From IMG/VR virus record IMGVR_UViG_3300033156_000424, positions 7,121 through 71,120 of that record: DNA of 64,000 nt. One strand, given 5' to 3'. This stretch comes from a virus. The position numbers and the translations under genes are program-made. Shown here piece after piece: positions 27,746 to 38,014 of this stretch. The notes beneath the pieces were generated by a model. The model was given only the letters and a program-made list of their open reading frames with translations, was not told the DNA's origin and searched no databases. The stretch's first letter is position 1. The number at the start of each line of letters is the position of its first letter.

Positions 27746-28315
27746 TTAGTTTTTCTGATTTCTCTTTTTATGTGTTAAGAAAAGATTTCTTTGTTCTTGC
27801 TCTCTTTTTGTTGTTTTTGCTCGTTTTTCTTTTCGTGTTGCAAGTAATTCTTTTAATGAACGAATGTAAGTATTTTCTGTATCTTTTAAAACTTTATAGA
27901 ACTCGCGTGCTTTATTTTGACCATCTTTTGTATTAAATAAAGAAATGAATTTTTCTGATGTTTCAATAATATACATTCTTCTCATACGTAAGAAATTTTG
28001 TATTAATGGAAAGATAAGCAATCTATCTAATCCTTCAACATCTATGCCCTCATCACGAAGAGTGTTTATAATTGATGTAACAAAATCTTTTTCGAATGGG
28101 CATACGGCATCATCGTTTCCTCTTTTTGGACAATCTGTAAAGACACAAGCACCGCATTTTTGTAAATATGGTTTAACCATTTTATTCATATTTAAAACTT
28201 CTAAAACACCGTCTTCTTTTTCAATGAATAAAAAGTTATCTTCAGTTACTTGAATAGCCTCATCTATAACATCTTCTAATAGATTTTTATTGTTTTTATT
28301 GTCCAAAATAACCAC
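27746..28315 (-). CDS. putative terminase small subunit
   Basis: Divergent from terL; Cys cluster followed by helices ending LKELLATRKEK. Confidence 0.45.
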   Translation of the reverse strand: MVILDNKNNKNLLEDVIDEAIQVTEDNFLFIEKEDGVLEVLNMNKMVKPYLQKCGACVFTDCPKRGNDDAVCPFEKDFVTSIINTLRDEGIDVEGLDRLLIFPLIQNFLRMRRMYIIETSEKFISLFNTKDGQNKAREFYKVLKDTENTYIRSLKELLATRKEKRAKTTKREQEQRNLFLTHKKRNQKN

Positions 28316-28357
28316 AATACTTATAAAACAATTTAAGTATTTAAATTTTGTGGAATA
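28316..28357. promoter_or_regulatory. 42-bp bidirectional promoter region
   Basis: TATA-like elements (TTATAAAA, TTTAAGTA, TTTAAAT) between divergent starts. Confidence 0.5.
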
Positions 28358-29953
28358 ATGAGTTCAATAAATATGATTACAGAAGAAGATATGGAACATT
28401 TTTTTGTGTCTCCATCATATTTTTCTGAGAAACTATTAAACATGAGGTTACATTGGTATCAAAAAGAAATGCTTAGTGCTATTGTAGAAAGAAATGATTT
28501 AGCTATTTGTTGCTCAAGGCAAATTGGAAAAACAGAAGCTATGGCTATAGGTGTTGTTTGGTTTGCTGTAACGAGACCAGAAAGCTTGACTGTTGTTGTG
28601 TCACAATCAAGAGACCAAGCAAAAGAATTTTATTATCGTGTTCTTAATTTGTTTAGAAAACATCCAATCCTTTTCAGTCTTATAGAAAAAGAAACCCAAT
28701 CAGAAATGATTTTGTTAAACGGTGCAAGAATAATGAACAGAGCAGTTGGAAAGGAAGGAGTATCAATACGAGGATTGCCAATAGATTTGCTTGTTGTTGA
28801 TGAGGCAGACTTCATACCAGAACTTGTTTTTAATGCAATAGAAGCAACTCAAGCATCAACAGATGGAAACATTATACTTATTTCAACACCAAACAAAAAA
28901 AATAGTACATTTTATAGATATTTTCAAGATGGAATGAAAGCTAGAAGAGAATATGAAGAAGGATTAATAGATAAACCAATACATGAACTTTCTGAAGACG
29001 ATGATAACGAAGGGACTGGTTTCATGGCATTTCATTATGATTATACTGTTGGGCTCGAAGCAAAACTTCCAAATGGAAAACCTCAGCTTTCTATGAGAGT
29101 TATATTGAGAGCAAAAAGAAACAAACCAAAATATCTTTTTGAACAAGAATATCTTGCTGTGTGGTCTGAAGACATATCTGCATATTTCAATTCTCAGTAC
29201 ATCAAAGATGCATTTGAGAGCTTTGAGGAGAATGGATTTACTCTTTTAGAGAGAGGAGAGCCAAACAAAAGGTATTATATGGGTGTAGATTTTGCGAAAC
29301 AAAAAGATAAAACAGTTGCACTTGTTGTGGAAAAGGTGTCTGAGGCAGAAGTAAGAGTTGTTCATATTTATGAGGCTGAAGGAAGAGATTGGGACAGTCA
29401 AATAAGAGATTTAAGAGAAATAGCATTAAAATTTAATATTGTAAAGGCATATTTTGATGAGAGTGGGTTAGGAGATGTTATTGTAGATTTAGAAAATAAA
29501 AATGATTTGTCTCCATTCTTTGGGAAGATAGAAGGAATAGTATTTAGTATTAAAACAAAAACAGCTATGTATGGTAATTTGACAAGATTGTTCGGAAATA
29601 GATTAATTTCTATACCATATCACAAAAGACTCATAGATGAACTTATTGACCTTCAATATGAAAAAACAGAAACATCTGAATATGTTAAAATACACGCACC
29701 GTCTGGTCAATTTGATGACTACCCAGATGCTCTTGCTCTTGCATGTATGTTTACCATAAAAATGACAATCGATGATATCGCAAATGCTATAGTTAAAGTA
29801 TCAAAAATGAAGAGAAGACAAATTGTAGATAGAAGACCAGATTTAATAAAAGATGATGGTAGTATGGATGCACTTAATGCTCTTGGAAGAAAAAATAAAA
29901 AGAGAACAAGAAACTTTATAGGAAGAAAGATGAGAATACGGAGATATGTTTAA
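28358..29953 (+). CDS. terL: terminase large subunit
   Basis: WYQ, SRQIGKT, IRG, VVDEA, ISTP; nuclease motifs GVDFA, DESGLG, DDYPDA. Confidence 0.95.
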   Translation: MSSINMITEEDMEHFFVSPSYFSEKLLNMRLHWYQKEMLSAIVERNDLAICCSRQIGKTEAMAIGVVWFAVTRPESLTVVVSQSRDQAKEFYYRVLNLFRKHPILFSLIEKETQSEMILLNGARIMNRAVGKEGVSIRGLPIDLLVVDEADFIPELVFNAIEATQASTDGNIILISTPNKKNSTFYRYFQDGMKARREYEEGLIDKPIHELSEDDDNEGTGFMAFHYDYTVGLEAKLPNGKPQLSMRVILRAKRNKPKYLFEQEYLAVWSEDISAYFNSQYIKDAFESFEENGFTLLERGEPNKRYYMGVDFAKQKDKTVALVVEKVSEAEVRVVHIYEAEGRDWDSQIRDLREIALKFNIVKAYFDESGLGDVIVDLENKNDLSPFFGKIEGIVFSIKTKTAMYGNLTRLFGNRLISIPYHKRLIDELIDLQYEKTETSEYVKIHAPSGQFDDYPDALALACMFTIKMTIDDIANAIVKVSKMKRRQIVDRRPDLIKDDGSMDALNALGRKNKKRTRNFIGRKMRIRRYV

Positions 29954-31956
29954 TACCACTCTTTAACTGCTAATCCATAAAATCTACAATAACTATTAGA
30001 TAGTGTAGCTGTTCCATCTTTAGTAACTTCGAAAAATATTCTATATCCTTCATTTCCACTTATAGTTTCTGGTGTTAGTGTTATTGTTAATGTAAAGGTT
30101 GTTGGACCGAACGTACATGATGTTTCAGTTGTACAACTATCTGATAAAGAATCATTTCCAATGCCAGTCCATGTACCAGATGTCGTTCTTTTTTGTAATG
30201 TTATTCTTGCAGTATAACCAGCTGTTCCACCATCAACTTCTCCAGCCATAACTCCTTGTACTTGTATTGTTTTTGTTTTAGAGCTTAAATCTATATATCC
30301 ATATCCAGTTGCTGAGGCAAGTGTAATTGTTGTTTCTAAATAATCATCTGTATTTTTGAAATTAAGGTTAGATATATTTCTATATCTATTTCCATACAAA
30401 GATATATTTCTCCAAACACCGTTTGTTATTGTTACATCTGCAAATTGAACAGTATCTGATGTTCTAAGAGATTGGTTTATATCTGTTATTGTCGATGTAC
30501 TATGATTGTGGCTATCATCTGTTACAGCAATATCATTAAATGCTATATCTGAAGTTCCATCAAAACTTTTAGATGTTGCAGTAACATCTCCAGATAAAGA
30601 AAATGTTCTCGCTGTTGTTAATTTATCTGCTTGTGATGCAGATGATGCGTTTCCACTTACATCTCCAATTAAATCTGCCATAACAGTAACAAAAGATGGA
30701 CTTGAACTTGTAAGTAAATCTTGGTTTATAGTAGCTAAATAGTTATGTGTTATTGGGTCTCCTTGCCACGTTCCAGTAACTATTGTTCCTACACTTGTTA
30801 TTCCAGTATCTCCAGATAAATCTAAGCTTGATAAAGTATGGTTATGTTGGTCATCCACAACTGTAGCTACGAGTGTTGCGTTTCCACTTCCATCCCAAGA
30901 TGATGATGTCCCAGTTACATCTCCGGAGAGTGTTAATGTTCTTGCAGTCTCCCATGCAGTAGCTGTATCTGCATTACCAGTTACATCACCAGTTATGTTC
31001 CCAGAGAAACCAGCTGTAGAAGAAATCAATCCAGTTACATCGAGTGTTCCAGCTATAGTAGCATTTCCACTTGTTGCATTAATAGTCATTTTATTTGTAT
31101 TAACAGAAAAATCTCCAACAACATTTGTTGTACTAGAACAAGTTAGAGACCCAGATATAATTGTTGAGGGTGTTATAGTTAAAGTTCCACCACTAAAATC
31201 ATCTATAGTATTAACATATAATATATCTGAATCAGCTTTTATCGTTGTTATATCTTTGATAAGCATTCCTTCTATTGTAACACCAGAATCTGATGTTTCT
31301 TCTGTTATTGTATCTACTTTTATAGGCAAATAAAATGTTATTTGATTATAATCCATAAGTGTTGATAATGCTCTTAATTGAGAATCACCATCTCCAACAT
31401 AAAAACTTAAACTATGACCATATTTAGGTCTATATTTATTTGATTCCACTTCATATTGATGTGCAAGTTGAACAACATTTGATAATGTTGTTCCAGTTTT
31501 ATCTACTGAACATATAACTAAATAGGTATCATCTATTGATGATAGAGAAGTTGATATGTCCCAAGAGAACGACTCTGAAGACCCATCTCTTGTTGAACTC
31601 TCTGATAAAGTGCTTGTTTTTATTGAAACAAAATTTGTTCCTTCAGAAAAACTGCTTTCACTAAACACTTTTTGTGAAGACATAACTGCTACTCTACCAG
31701 CAACTACTGCTTCAGCTGGGTCTGTTCCGCTTATATCTATGATTAACTGATTTGTATTAAGTGATGCACTGAATCCTCTAAAAATAACATTTCTTGTTAA
31801 TCTTCTTTCATGGTCTTGAAAGTATCTATATATTGATTGTAATATACCATCTGGATTTCCACCAGAATAATTAAAATTTTCATATGCATTTGCATAATCA
31901 GAAGTTGTAAATTCTGTGTCGTATCCGGATTGTGTTATTTTATTTACTAATGACAT
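29950..31956 (-). CDS. tail fibre
   Basis: T/S/G-rich; two GNA...ART..LSGDVT...DG...DD.HNH fibre repeats; last gene of the baseplate module. Confidence 0.8.
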   Translation of the reverse strand: MSLVNKITQSGYDTEFTTSDYANAYENFNYSGGNPDGILQSIYRYFQDHERRLTRNVIFRGFSASLNTNQLIIDISGTDPAEAVVAGRVAVMSSQKVFSESSFSEGTNFVSIKTSTLSESSTRDGSSESFSWDISTSLSSIDDTYLVICSVDKTGTTLSNVVQLAHQYEVESNKYRPKYGHSLSFYVGDGDSQLRALSTLMDYNQITFYLPIKVDTITEETSDSGVTIEGMLIKDITTIKADSDILYVNTIDDFSGGTLTITPSTIISGSLTCSSTTNVVGDFSVNTNKMTINATSGNATIAGTLDVTGLISSTAGFSGNITGDVTGNADTATAWETARTLTLSGDVTGTSSSWDGSGNATLVATVVDDQHNHTLSSLDLSGDTGITSVGTIVTGTWQGDPITHNYLATINQDLLTSSSPSFVTVMADLIGDVSGNASSASQADKLTTARTFSLSGDVTATSKSFDGTSDIAFNDIAVTDDSHNHSTSTITDINQSLRTSDTVQFADVTITNGVWRNISLYGNRYRNISNLNFKNTDDYLETTITLASATGYGYIDLSSKTKTIQVQGVMAGEVDGGTAGYTARITLQKRTTSGTWTGIGNDSLSDSCTTETSCTFGPTTFTLTITLTPETISGNEGYRIFFEVTKDGTATLSNSYCRFYGLAVKEWY

Positions 31957-31967
31957 TTTTTCACCTA

Positions 31968-32720
31968 TTATGATTTTAAAATATTGAGCTCAAAGGCTCT
32001 GTCTTGTATTATAAATGGGTCGTTTCGTTCTATTTTCATGGTAAATATAACTCCTATAGGAGATAAACTTTTAATAAACGTATATAATAATGATAAATTT
32101 GTTTCTTTACTCCAGTACTCGTAAGTTTTTCTATCTGTGTCAGACCCAGATGGAAGAGAAATTTTTATTTGAAAAAACTCATCACCTATTTGTGTTTCAC
32201 TTATAAAATTCTTTTTATATTGTTCTTCTGTGTTTATTGTAACAAAATTATATGAGCCCCCAGATACAAAATTATATGTTGATTCTGTATATGGATTTAA
32301 TATAGATATTTGAGTATCTTTATTAAATTCATCATTATTTATAAAATAATATATTGCTGTTCGTATCTCATCTTCAGTTGCACCTATGATTGAAAAATTG
32401 TTTAGATAAAATAATCTATTTATGTAACTTGTATCCGGCTCGTATAGAATTCTATTTATTCCTACATTTTTTCCTATGTTTTCCAAAGATTCTCCTATAG
32501 CTATCTCCCACATTTCTCCATATATTTTTCTATAATTTTTTATTATTTCTATTATATCATCTAATCTATATTTTTGTCTATCTATAGCTTGAGTGAGTTT
32601 ATAAAGATTTGAATTTTTATTATGACCAACAAAATATGGAAACCTTCTTATTAATCCATATATTTCAGAATATAAATATTCTTGTATATTATCAACGTCA
32701 TTACCAGCAATTTTACTCAT
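31968..32720 (-). CDS. baseplate wedge / tail protein I-like
   Basis: Follows baseplate J; LENIG...GI.R...E.D..Y.NRL and terminal P.GV.F motifs. Confidence 0.65.
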   Translation of the reverse strand: MSKIAGNDVDNIQEYLYSEIYGLIRRFPYFVGHNKNSNLYKLTQAIDRQKYRLDDIIEIIKNYRKIYGEMWEIAIGESLENIGKNVGINRILYEPDTSYINRLFYLNNFSIIGATEDEIRTAIYYFINNDEFNKDTQISILNPYTESTYNFVSGGSYNFVTINTEEQYKKNFISETQIGDEFFQIKISLPSGSDTDRKTYEYWSKETNLSLLYTFIKSLSPIGVIFTMKIERNDPFIIQDRAFELNILKS

Positions 32721-35122
32721 TAATCAACCACCACAGAATTAGATGTTATAGTTAAATTGTTTAAAACAATAATTTCTGGATATCTCGCATATAAGTCAGC
32801 CTCAATATCTTTGTCATTATCGAAATATTCTGAATTATCTTGTATATTAAGAGTTGTTCGTATATTCATGAATCTATTAACCCAATCTGTACCAGCACCA
32901 GCATTAGATATATCTGTCCATCCACTACCTTCATCTATCATAACACTTGGATTTCCAACTGGAGTTATCTCATCACCAGCCTTAGACATATAGACTTTTA
33001 CAGATTCAGTTCCGCCGGTGTTTCCAGACCAATTTTGAATAACTAACCAAAATAGTTGAGAGGGGTCATCTGTCCCATTCCCAGATGCTAATGTCAATGG
33101 AGATGAAAATGTAACATCAACTTCTAATAGACCATCAACAGCATCTGCATAAGTTAAAATATATCCAGTATATCCCCCTATTTTTGTTGTTGGTTCTGTA
33201 GCTCCAGAGTAAATATCAATATCACATGTTAGTCCATCAGATGCACTATTTATTTCTAACCAAAACCTAACACCATTTATTTTATCATATTTAACATAAT
33301 GATAATCATAAATTAAATTATCTCCATCAGAAAGATTCCTTCCCACAATATCACCATTTGTGCTATCTATGGCTTTATACTCATAATTAACAAGATTTTC
33401 ACCATCACTATAATCTATAGTATATCGTGGGTCTCGTATCCAATTACCATAGGAATCTTGTATAGCCAAATAAGTCATAGGATATTTTTGTTGAACACTT
33501 TTTTCAACATATCCAGCATGAGCTGTTTCTGGGTAAGCATAAGCGTCTGCACTATCATATATTTGGTATCGTTTATAGTTTTTCGTTGTACATTGAAATC
33601 CTTGTGCATATTTATAGTCTGTCGTTCCATTGACAACTTGATATCCAGCATTAGAACTATCAAACTCATATGGGGTATATGAATATACAGAAAATGTTAA
33701 ATCATTTATTATAACATTTTCTAGCTCTGGTGATTCTCTAAGAATCTCTTTTAAGAGCTGACTTTGTTTAAAATCTTCACCTATTTCTAAACTATTTATA
33801 TAGTTTGTGACTGTAGTTGATACGGTATTTTCAATCTCAGTTTTGTTTGACCAATAATTTGTTGGTATATATATATTCAAATCAACATCAATATATACTG
33901 GATATGGTCTTGTTACTGTGAATGATGTGCCAATTGGTTTATAGTTTTCTATAACATTTTTCACATCTTGTAAATCATCTTTACTTATAAGTTTAGTTCC
34001 TTCCCCAACAACAAACACATTAAACGTGCCTATAGATAAAAGTTTATTTTCTTCCCAATCTTGAACCTTAGCAAGTGATATTGAAGATAGATTTTCTACA
34101 GCATTTTTTATACTATCCTTTCTTGCTGTAACGGTTTTTGTAGTTGTTGCGAGTATTCTTTTTCTTAATTCCTCATCACTTTCCTCATCAGTACCATCAT
34201 CAAATAGATTTTGAACACCATCTACATATGGTGGATTTATACATGTATATGTTGATGATATCTCAGAATCAAGAGTATCGCTTTGATATATTTTTGTTAT
34301 AGTTCCAACACCAACATTTTGGTTTTTTCCAACATCAGTTGATTCTATAAATATTTTTTTTGTTTCTCCACTTGCTATCTCATAAAATTCAGAACATCTA
34401 AACAAAACGGCATCTGTTGTTCTTTCGGTAACAAACACATTTGATGGACTAATATTTAAGTTACTTGTCCCATTATTTGTAACAACTACATATCCTTTTG
34501 ATGTAGTTCCAGAATATCGTGTTAATCCATATAAGTTTGCATGTACATCTATAAAATCTCCAGTTGCAGTACTAATATATGACTGCCCATTTATTACATC
34601 TAAAGTATTATATATGTTACTCATCATTGTTGATACAGAATCAACAAGAGTTCTTGCTAATGTACCCTCACTAAAATTTGTTATTTGACTTACTTTTGAA
34701 CTATCATAATATCTATATGTTACATAAAAAACTTCATTCTCTTTAAAAATATTATCTTTTAAAAATTCTATACCATCATAAATTGCTGTTCCAGCCCAAT
34801 GTGAAGTTGAATATGCATTGTCTTCTATATAACTTGGTGTTCCACCATCTACCCATAATTGATAATCTTCTCCATCTACAAGTGGGTCTATCCCATTTAT
34901 CGTTTTTTCATTGTCTATATAATTCTCTTCTGGTGTCAATCCGGATATATATAATATGTCTATAACAACTGGAGACCCTTTTTCAACTGAAGCAGAAAAA
35001 CTATACGTTGATGTTGAATGAATATATGTTATGGGCTCGTTTTCTACCAATACAATTCCATCTCTTACTTGAGATATCAACTCATCTAAAATATCGTTTT
35101 TTGTTTTAATATTTATTTTCAT
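32720..35122 (-). CDS. baseplate J-like protein with extra domains
   Basis: ITNFSEGT, TATG.FID, GTDEESDEELRKR, KPIG. Confidence 0.85.
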   Translation of the reverse strand: MKINIKTKNDILDELISQVRDGIVLVENEPITYIHSTSTYSFSASVEKGSPVVIDILYISGLTPEENYIDNEKTINGIDPLVDGEDYQLWVDGGTPSYIEDNAYSTSHWAGTAIYDGIEFLKDNIFKENEVFYVTYRYYDSSKVSQITNFSEGTLARTLVDSVSTMMSNIYNTLDVINGQSYISTATGDFIDVHANLYGLTRYSGTTSKGYVVVTNNGTSNLNISPSNVFVTERTTDAVLFRCSEFYEIASGETKKIFIESTDVGKNQNVGVGTITKIYQSDTLDSEISSTYTCINPPYVDGVQNLFDDGTDEESDEELRKRILATTTKTVTARKDSIKNAVENLSSISLAKVQDWEENKLLSIGTFNVFVVGEGTKLISKDDLQDVKNVIENYKPIGTSFTVTRPYPVYIDVDLNIYIPTNYWSNKTEIENTVSTTVTNYINSLEIGEDFKQSQLLKEILRESPELENVIINDLTFSVYSYTPYEFDSSNAGYQVVNGTTDYKYAQGFQCTTKNYKRYQIYDSADAYAYPETAHAGYVEKSVQQKYPMTYLAIQDSYGNWIRDPRYTIDYSDGENLVNYEYKAIDSTNGDIVGRNLSDGDNLIYDYHYVKYDKINGVRFWLEINSASDGLTCDIDIYSGATEPTTKIGGYTGYILTYADAVDGLLEVDVTFSSPLTLASGNGTDDPSQLFWLVIQNWSGNTGGTESVKVYMSKAGDEITPVGNPSVMIDEGSGWTDISNAGAGTDWVNRFMNIRTTLNIQDNSEYFDNDKDIEADLYARYPEIIVLNNLTITSNSVVVD

Positions 35123-35625
35123 TATGTAGCACCAAGATTTATTATTATATTTCTCAAAGATTCCCCAGTTACTGTTTTTAGTTCTAAATTAAAATAAATT
35201 GTATCATCATTTATTTCTGAATCTATTTTTGTAACAGATTCTATTAACTCTAATCGTGTTACCTTTTCAATCATAACAGCTTTCATAAGTTGAATATATT
35301 CTTCTTGCTTTACACTATTATATAATCCAAGCAAATCTTCCAACCGTAAAGAGCCAACACCATATACATCTTCATATTCTGTCAATAATACTGTTAAACA
35401 TACTTGTACAACTAAATCTGTTAGTTCTTTTAACTTTCTTCCAACAACTATACCAGTAACATCAATATCACCATTTGGAGCTATCGCTATATCGTTACCA
35501 TTTATATCTATTTTAACGTCTTTACCATAGATAATTTTATATAGACTCAAGAACTCTTTAAGCTCTTGTTCTGTCATAGAATCAGCTAAACTCATCTTAT
35601 TCAAAAAAATAATTGCCTTACCCAT
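35122..35625 (-). CDS. baseplate wedge / sheath initiator (gp25-like)
   Basis: GKDVK...NGDI..V, YGVGS; position next to J. Confidence 0.55.
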   Translation of the reverse strand: MGKAIIFLNKMSLADSMTEQELKEFLSLYKIIYGKDVKIDINGNDIAIAPNGDIDVTGIVVGRKLKELTDLVVQVCLTVLLTEYEDVYGVGSLRLEDLLGLYNSVKQEEYIQLMKAVMIEKVTRLELIESVTKIDSEINDDTIYFNLELKTVTGESLRNIIINLGAT

Positions 35626-35643
35626 TTAAAAAGTTTATGGTGT

Positions 35644-36699
35644 TTATTTCCTCTTTTTATGAAAGTAGAAACAAACATATATAATCATTAATGATAGTAA
35701 ATTAAATAGATAATATGATGTTTCTGTTGTTTTAATATAGTCGCTATTCTTAATATCATAATAATTTAATATATATATATATTCTAACTCATTTGTAACT
35801 GTATCATATAATGTTTTTATTTGATTGTTATTGTTTGTTGTATTTATTAGAGAGTTACTAAATGTTCTTTCTATTAACAGAGGTAATCCAACATCAAAAG
35901 AATAAACCCAATTTTCGTTTCTTTCAAGTGTTATTTGTATATTAAAGAAAGACAAAAAGTTATAAGAATCATTTTTAATAGAAAAATGATTTTCTTGTTT
36001 AATATATAACGTCTCTATTGTAATATTTTTACATTCTTGATTATCATAAACAAAACTATTTGTACTATAAAATCTTTCTTTTATTTTTATAAGTAATCTT
36101 AATTCTAATATTGTATCTTTTGTGACGCTACCATTTATAAAAACATTATAATATTCCATTGTCTCATAAGCATATCCAGTTGATATTGTTTTTATTATTT
36201 CTATATTTGAAAAAGTTCTGTAAAACATTATAGATAAATTATCTATTTTTGTTGAGTTATACTTTAAGTCTACAGTTCCGGTTACTTTATATTCAAAAGG
36301 CAAGTTCCCTCTTGCTGTGTAACCATTTGTTACTATATTAGTTATAATAAAATTACTTAAACTAATATTTGTGTTCGCTGAAACAAAAAATTCTTTATTA
36401 ATAATTTCTAATATTAAACCATTTTCTATATCATAATTGTTTTGGGTAATAATATTTATAGGTATTTGTTCAACTGAACCCAAAAATTTTCTTGATGTTA
36501 CATTATATATTATAGTTGTGTCATCAGATAACAATAAAGAAACATCGTTTAATTGTTTAACATCATTTTTTATTATATAACTCCAATCATCTCCTACTTC
36601 TATTTCCACTAAAACTTCTCCATTTACCATTATTTGAGATAATAACATACTAACAATAAAAAGGACAAAGAATTTGTTTTTTATTTTATTTCTAATCAT
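35644..36699 (-). CDS. secreted, C-terminally anchored surface protein
   Basis: Signal peptide, beta-rich body, C-terminal TM followed by HKKRK; very low GC; own promoter at about 36729-36742. Confidence 0.7.
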   Translation of the reverse strand: MIRNKIKNKFFVLFIVSMLLSQIMVNGEVLVEIEVGDDWSYIIKNDVKQLNDVSLLLSDDTTIIYNVTSRKFLGSVEQIPINIITQNNYDIENGLILEIINKEFFVSANTNISLSNFIITNIVTNGYTARGNLPFEYKVTGTVDLKYNSTKIDNLSIMFYRTFSNIEIIKTISTGYAYETMEYYNVFINGSVTKDTILELRLLIKIKERFYSTNSFVYDNQECKNITIETLYIKQENHFSIKNDSYNFLSFFNIQITLERNENWVYSFDVGLPLLIERTFSNSLINTTNNNNQIKTLYDTVTNELEYIYILNYYDIKNSDYIKTTETSYYLFNLLSLMIIYVCFYFHKKRK

Positions 36700-36757
36700 T
36701 TTTATCTATAAAACAATTGTTTTTCTCATTTATAAATATTTCTATTAGTTATAATTT

Positions 36758-38014
36758 TTATGTTGAATAATAACAGTGAAGTTGAACGAGACTTAAATCG
36801 AAATCTCCAGTTGTTGAAGATAAAACTATATCTATTCTGACAGCAACCATACTATAGGAACTAAAATCTATTGCAGTAAAGGATTTTTCTATTTCTTGTG
36901 GTACAGTTACATCAGTATCATCATACCATTTTTCTGTTGCACTATTCCAATTAACCCCAAATATCGACATTCTTGAAATATAGTCATCACTATCAGAATC
37001 CATTAATCCTACACGTATACCATCTATATATAGTTTTTCTGTTGCCCCACCAATACCTTTTCTTTGTGTAGGTAACAATAACCAAAATGGTAATTGAGGG
37101 GTACCAGAAGTACCAGTACTAGTCAATCTTACACCATATCCACGAATAAGTCTATTTACATTGTTTTCTACAACAAATGATACTGGTTGCCAAACAGCAT
37201 TAGTTGAGCCATAATAAGTTCTTCCATCAGTTCCATAATCATGAGAGTGGTCAGAACGAGAAACAGTAGTAGCACTACCAGAACCAGCAAAGTCTTTATT
37301 AAATGCAGTGTTTTTGGTGAATGCTGGTTCTAACCCAGCTTCTGATGCTGTCTGATTAATCCATTGTGATGTTGCACTATTATAAGCAAGGATTTCGTTG
37401 TCTGCTGGTGATGATATTGTTACGTCTCCTATATCATTTATATAATCAGTTATTGATATACTCCAAGAACTTCCACTATAAATATAATGTACATTTTCAT
37501 CTTCTACCCAAGTTATCATTCCCTCACTTGGAGATATAAAAACCCATCCATCTTGATATTCTGTTATGTTATTTTCATATCCAGTCCAATCTCCAGTTGC
37601 TGTTGCTATTATTAGATAACGGTCTCCATTTGTAGGACTTGATGGTGGTGTTGCTAAACGGTCTAAAACACTATCTTGAAAGTCTCCTTTTGTATAGAGT
37701 GGGTCTGTCCCCCATTCATCATATGGTATAGCAGAACCATTAACAACTGCATATAAACCATTTGTATCAGCATAGATGCCATATTTAAATCCAGTTGATG
37801 ATGGGGTTAATTTTGTATATATATCTGTTGTACCATCTGTTGTCTTTCCCCAACCTATAGCCCCTTTATTGTCACCTACATACATAAATCCACTTGCTGA
37901 TGACCAGTTTTTCCCACTCATGTCACCAGAATATCCAGTTGAATCATAAAACACACAAGTAAAATCATTTGAGCCAGTACTACTAAATTCAGATGCTATA
38001 TAATATGTACTCAT
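36758..38014 (-). CDS. tail/baseplate-associated protein with DUF2793-like domain
   Basis: TPPSSPTNGDRYLI...GDWTG...W.F..P.EG...WV; DHSH fibre motif. Confidence 0.65.
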   Translation of the reverse strand: MSTYYIASEFSSTGSNDFTCVFYDSTGYSGDMSGKNWSSASGFMYVGDNKGAIGWGKTTDGTTDIYTKLTPSSTGFKYGIYADTNGLYAVVNGSAIPYDEWGTDPLYTKGDFQDSVLDRLATPPSSPTNGDRYLIIATATGDWTGYENNITEYQDGWVFISPSEGMITWVEDENVHYIYSGSSWSISITDYINDIGDVTISSPADNEILAYNSATSQWINQTASEAGLEPAFTKNTAFNKDFAGSGSATTVSRSDHSHDYGTDGRTYYGSTNAVWQPVSFVVENNVNRLIRGYGVRLTSTGTSGTPQLPFWLLLPTQRKGIGGATEKLYIDGIRVGLMDSDSDDYISRMSIFGVNWNSATEKWYDDTDVTVPQEIEKSFTAIDFSSYSMVAVRIDIVLSSTTGDFDLSLVQLHCYYST

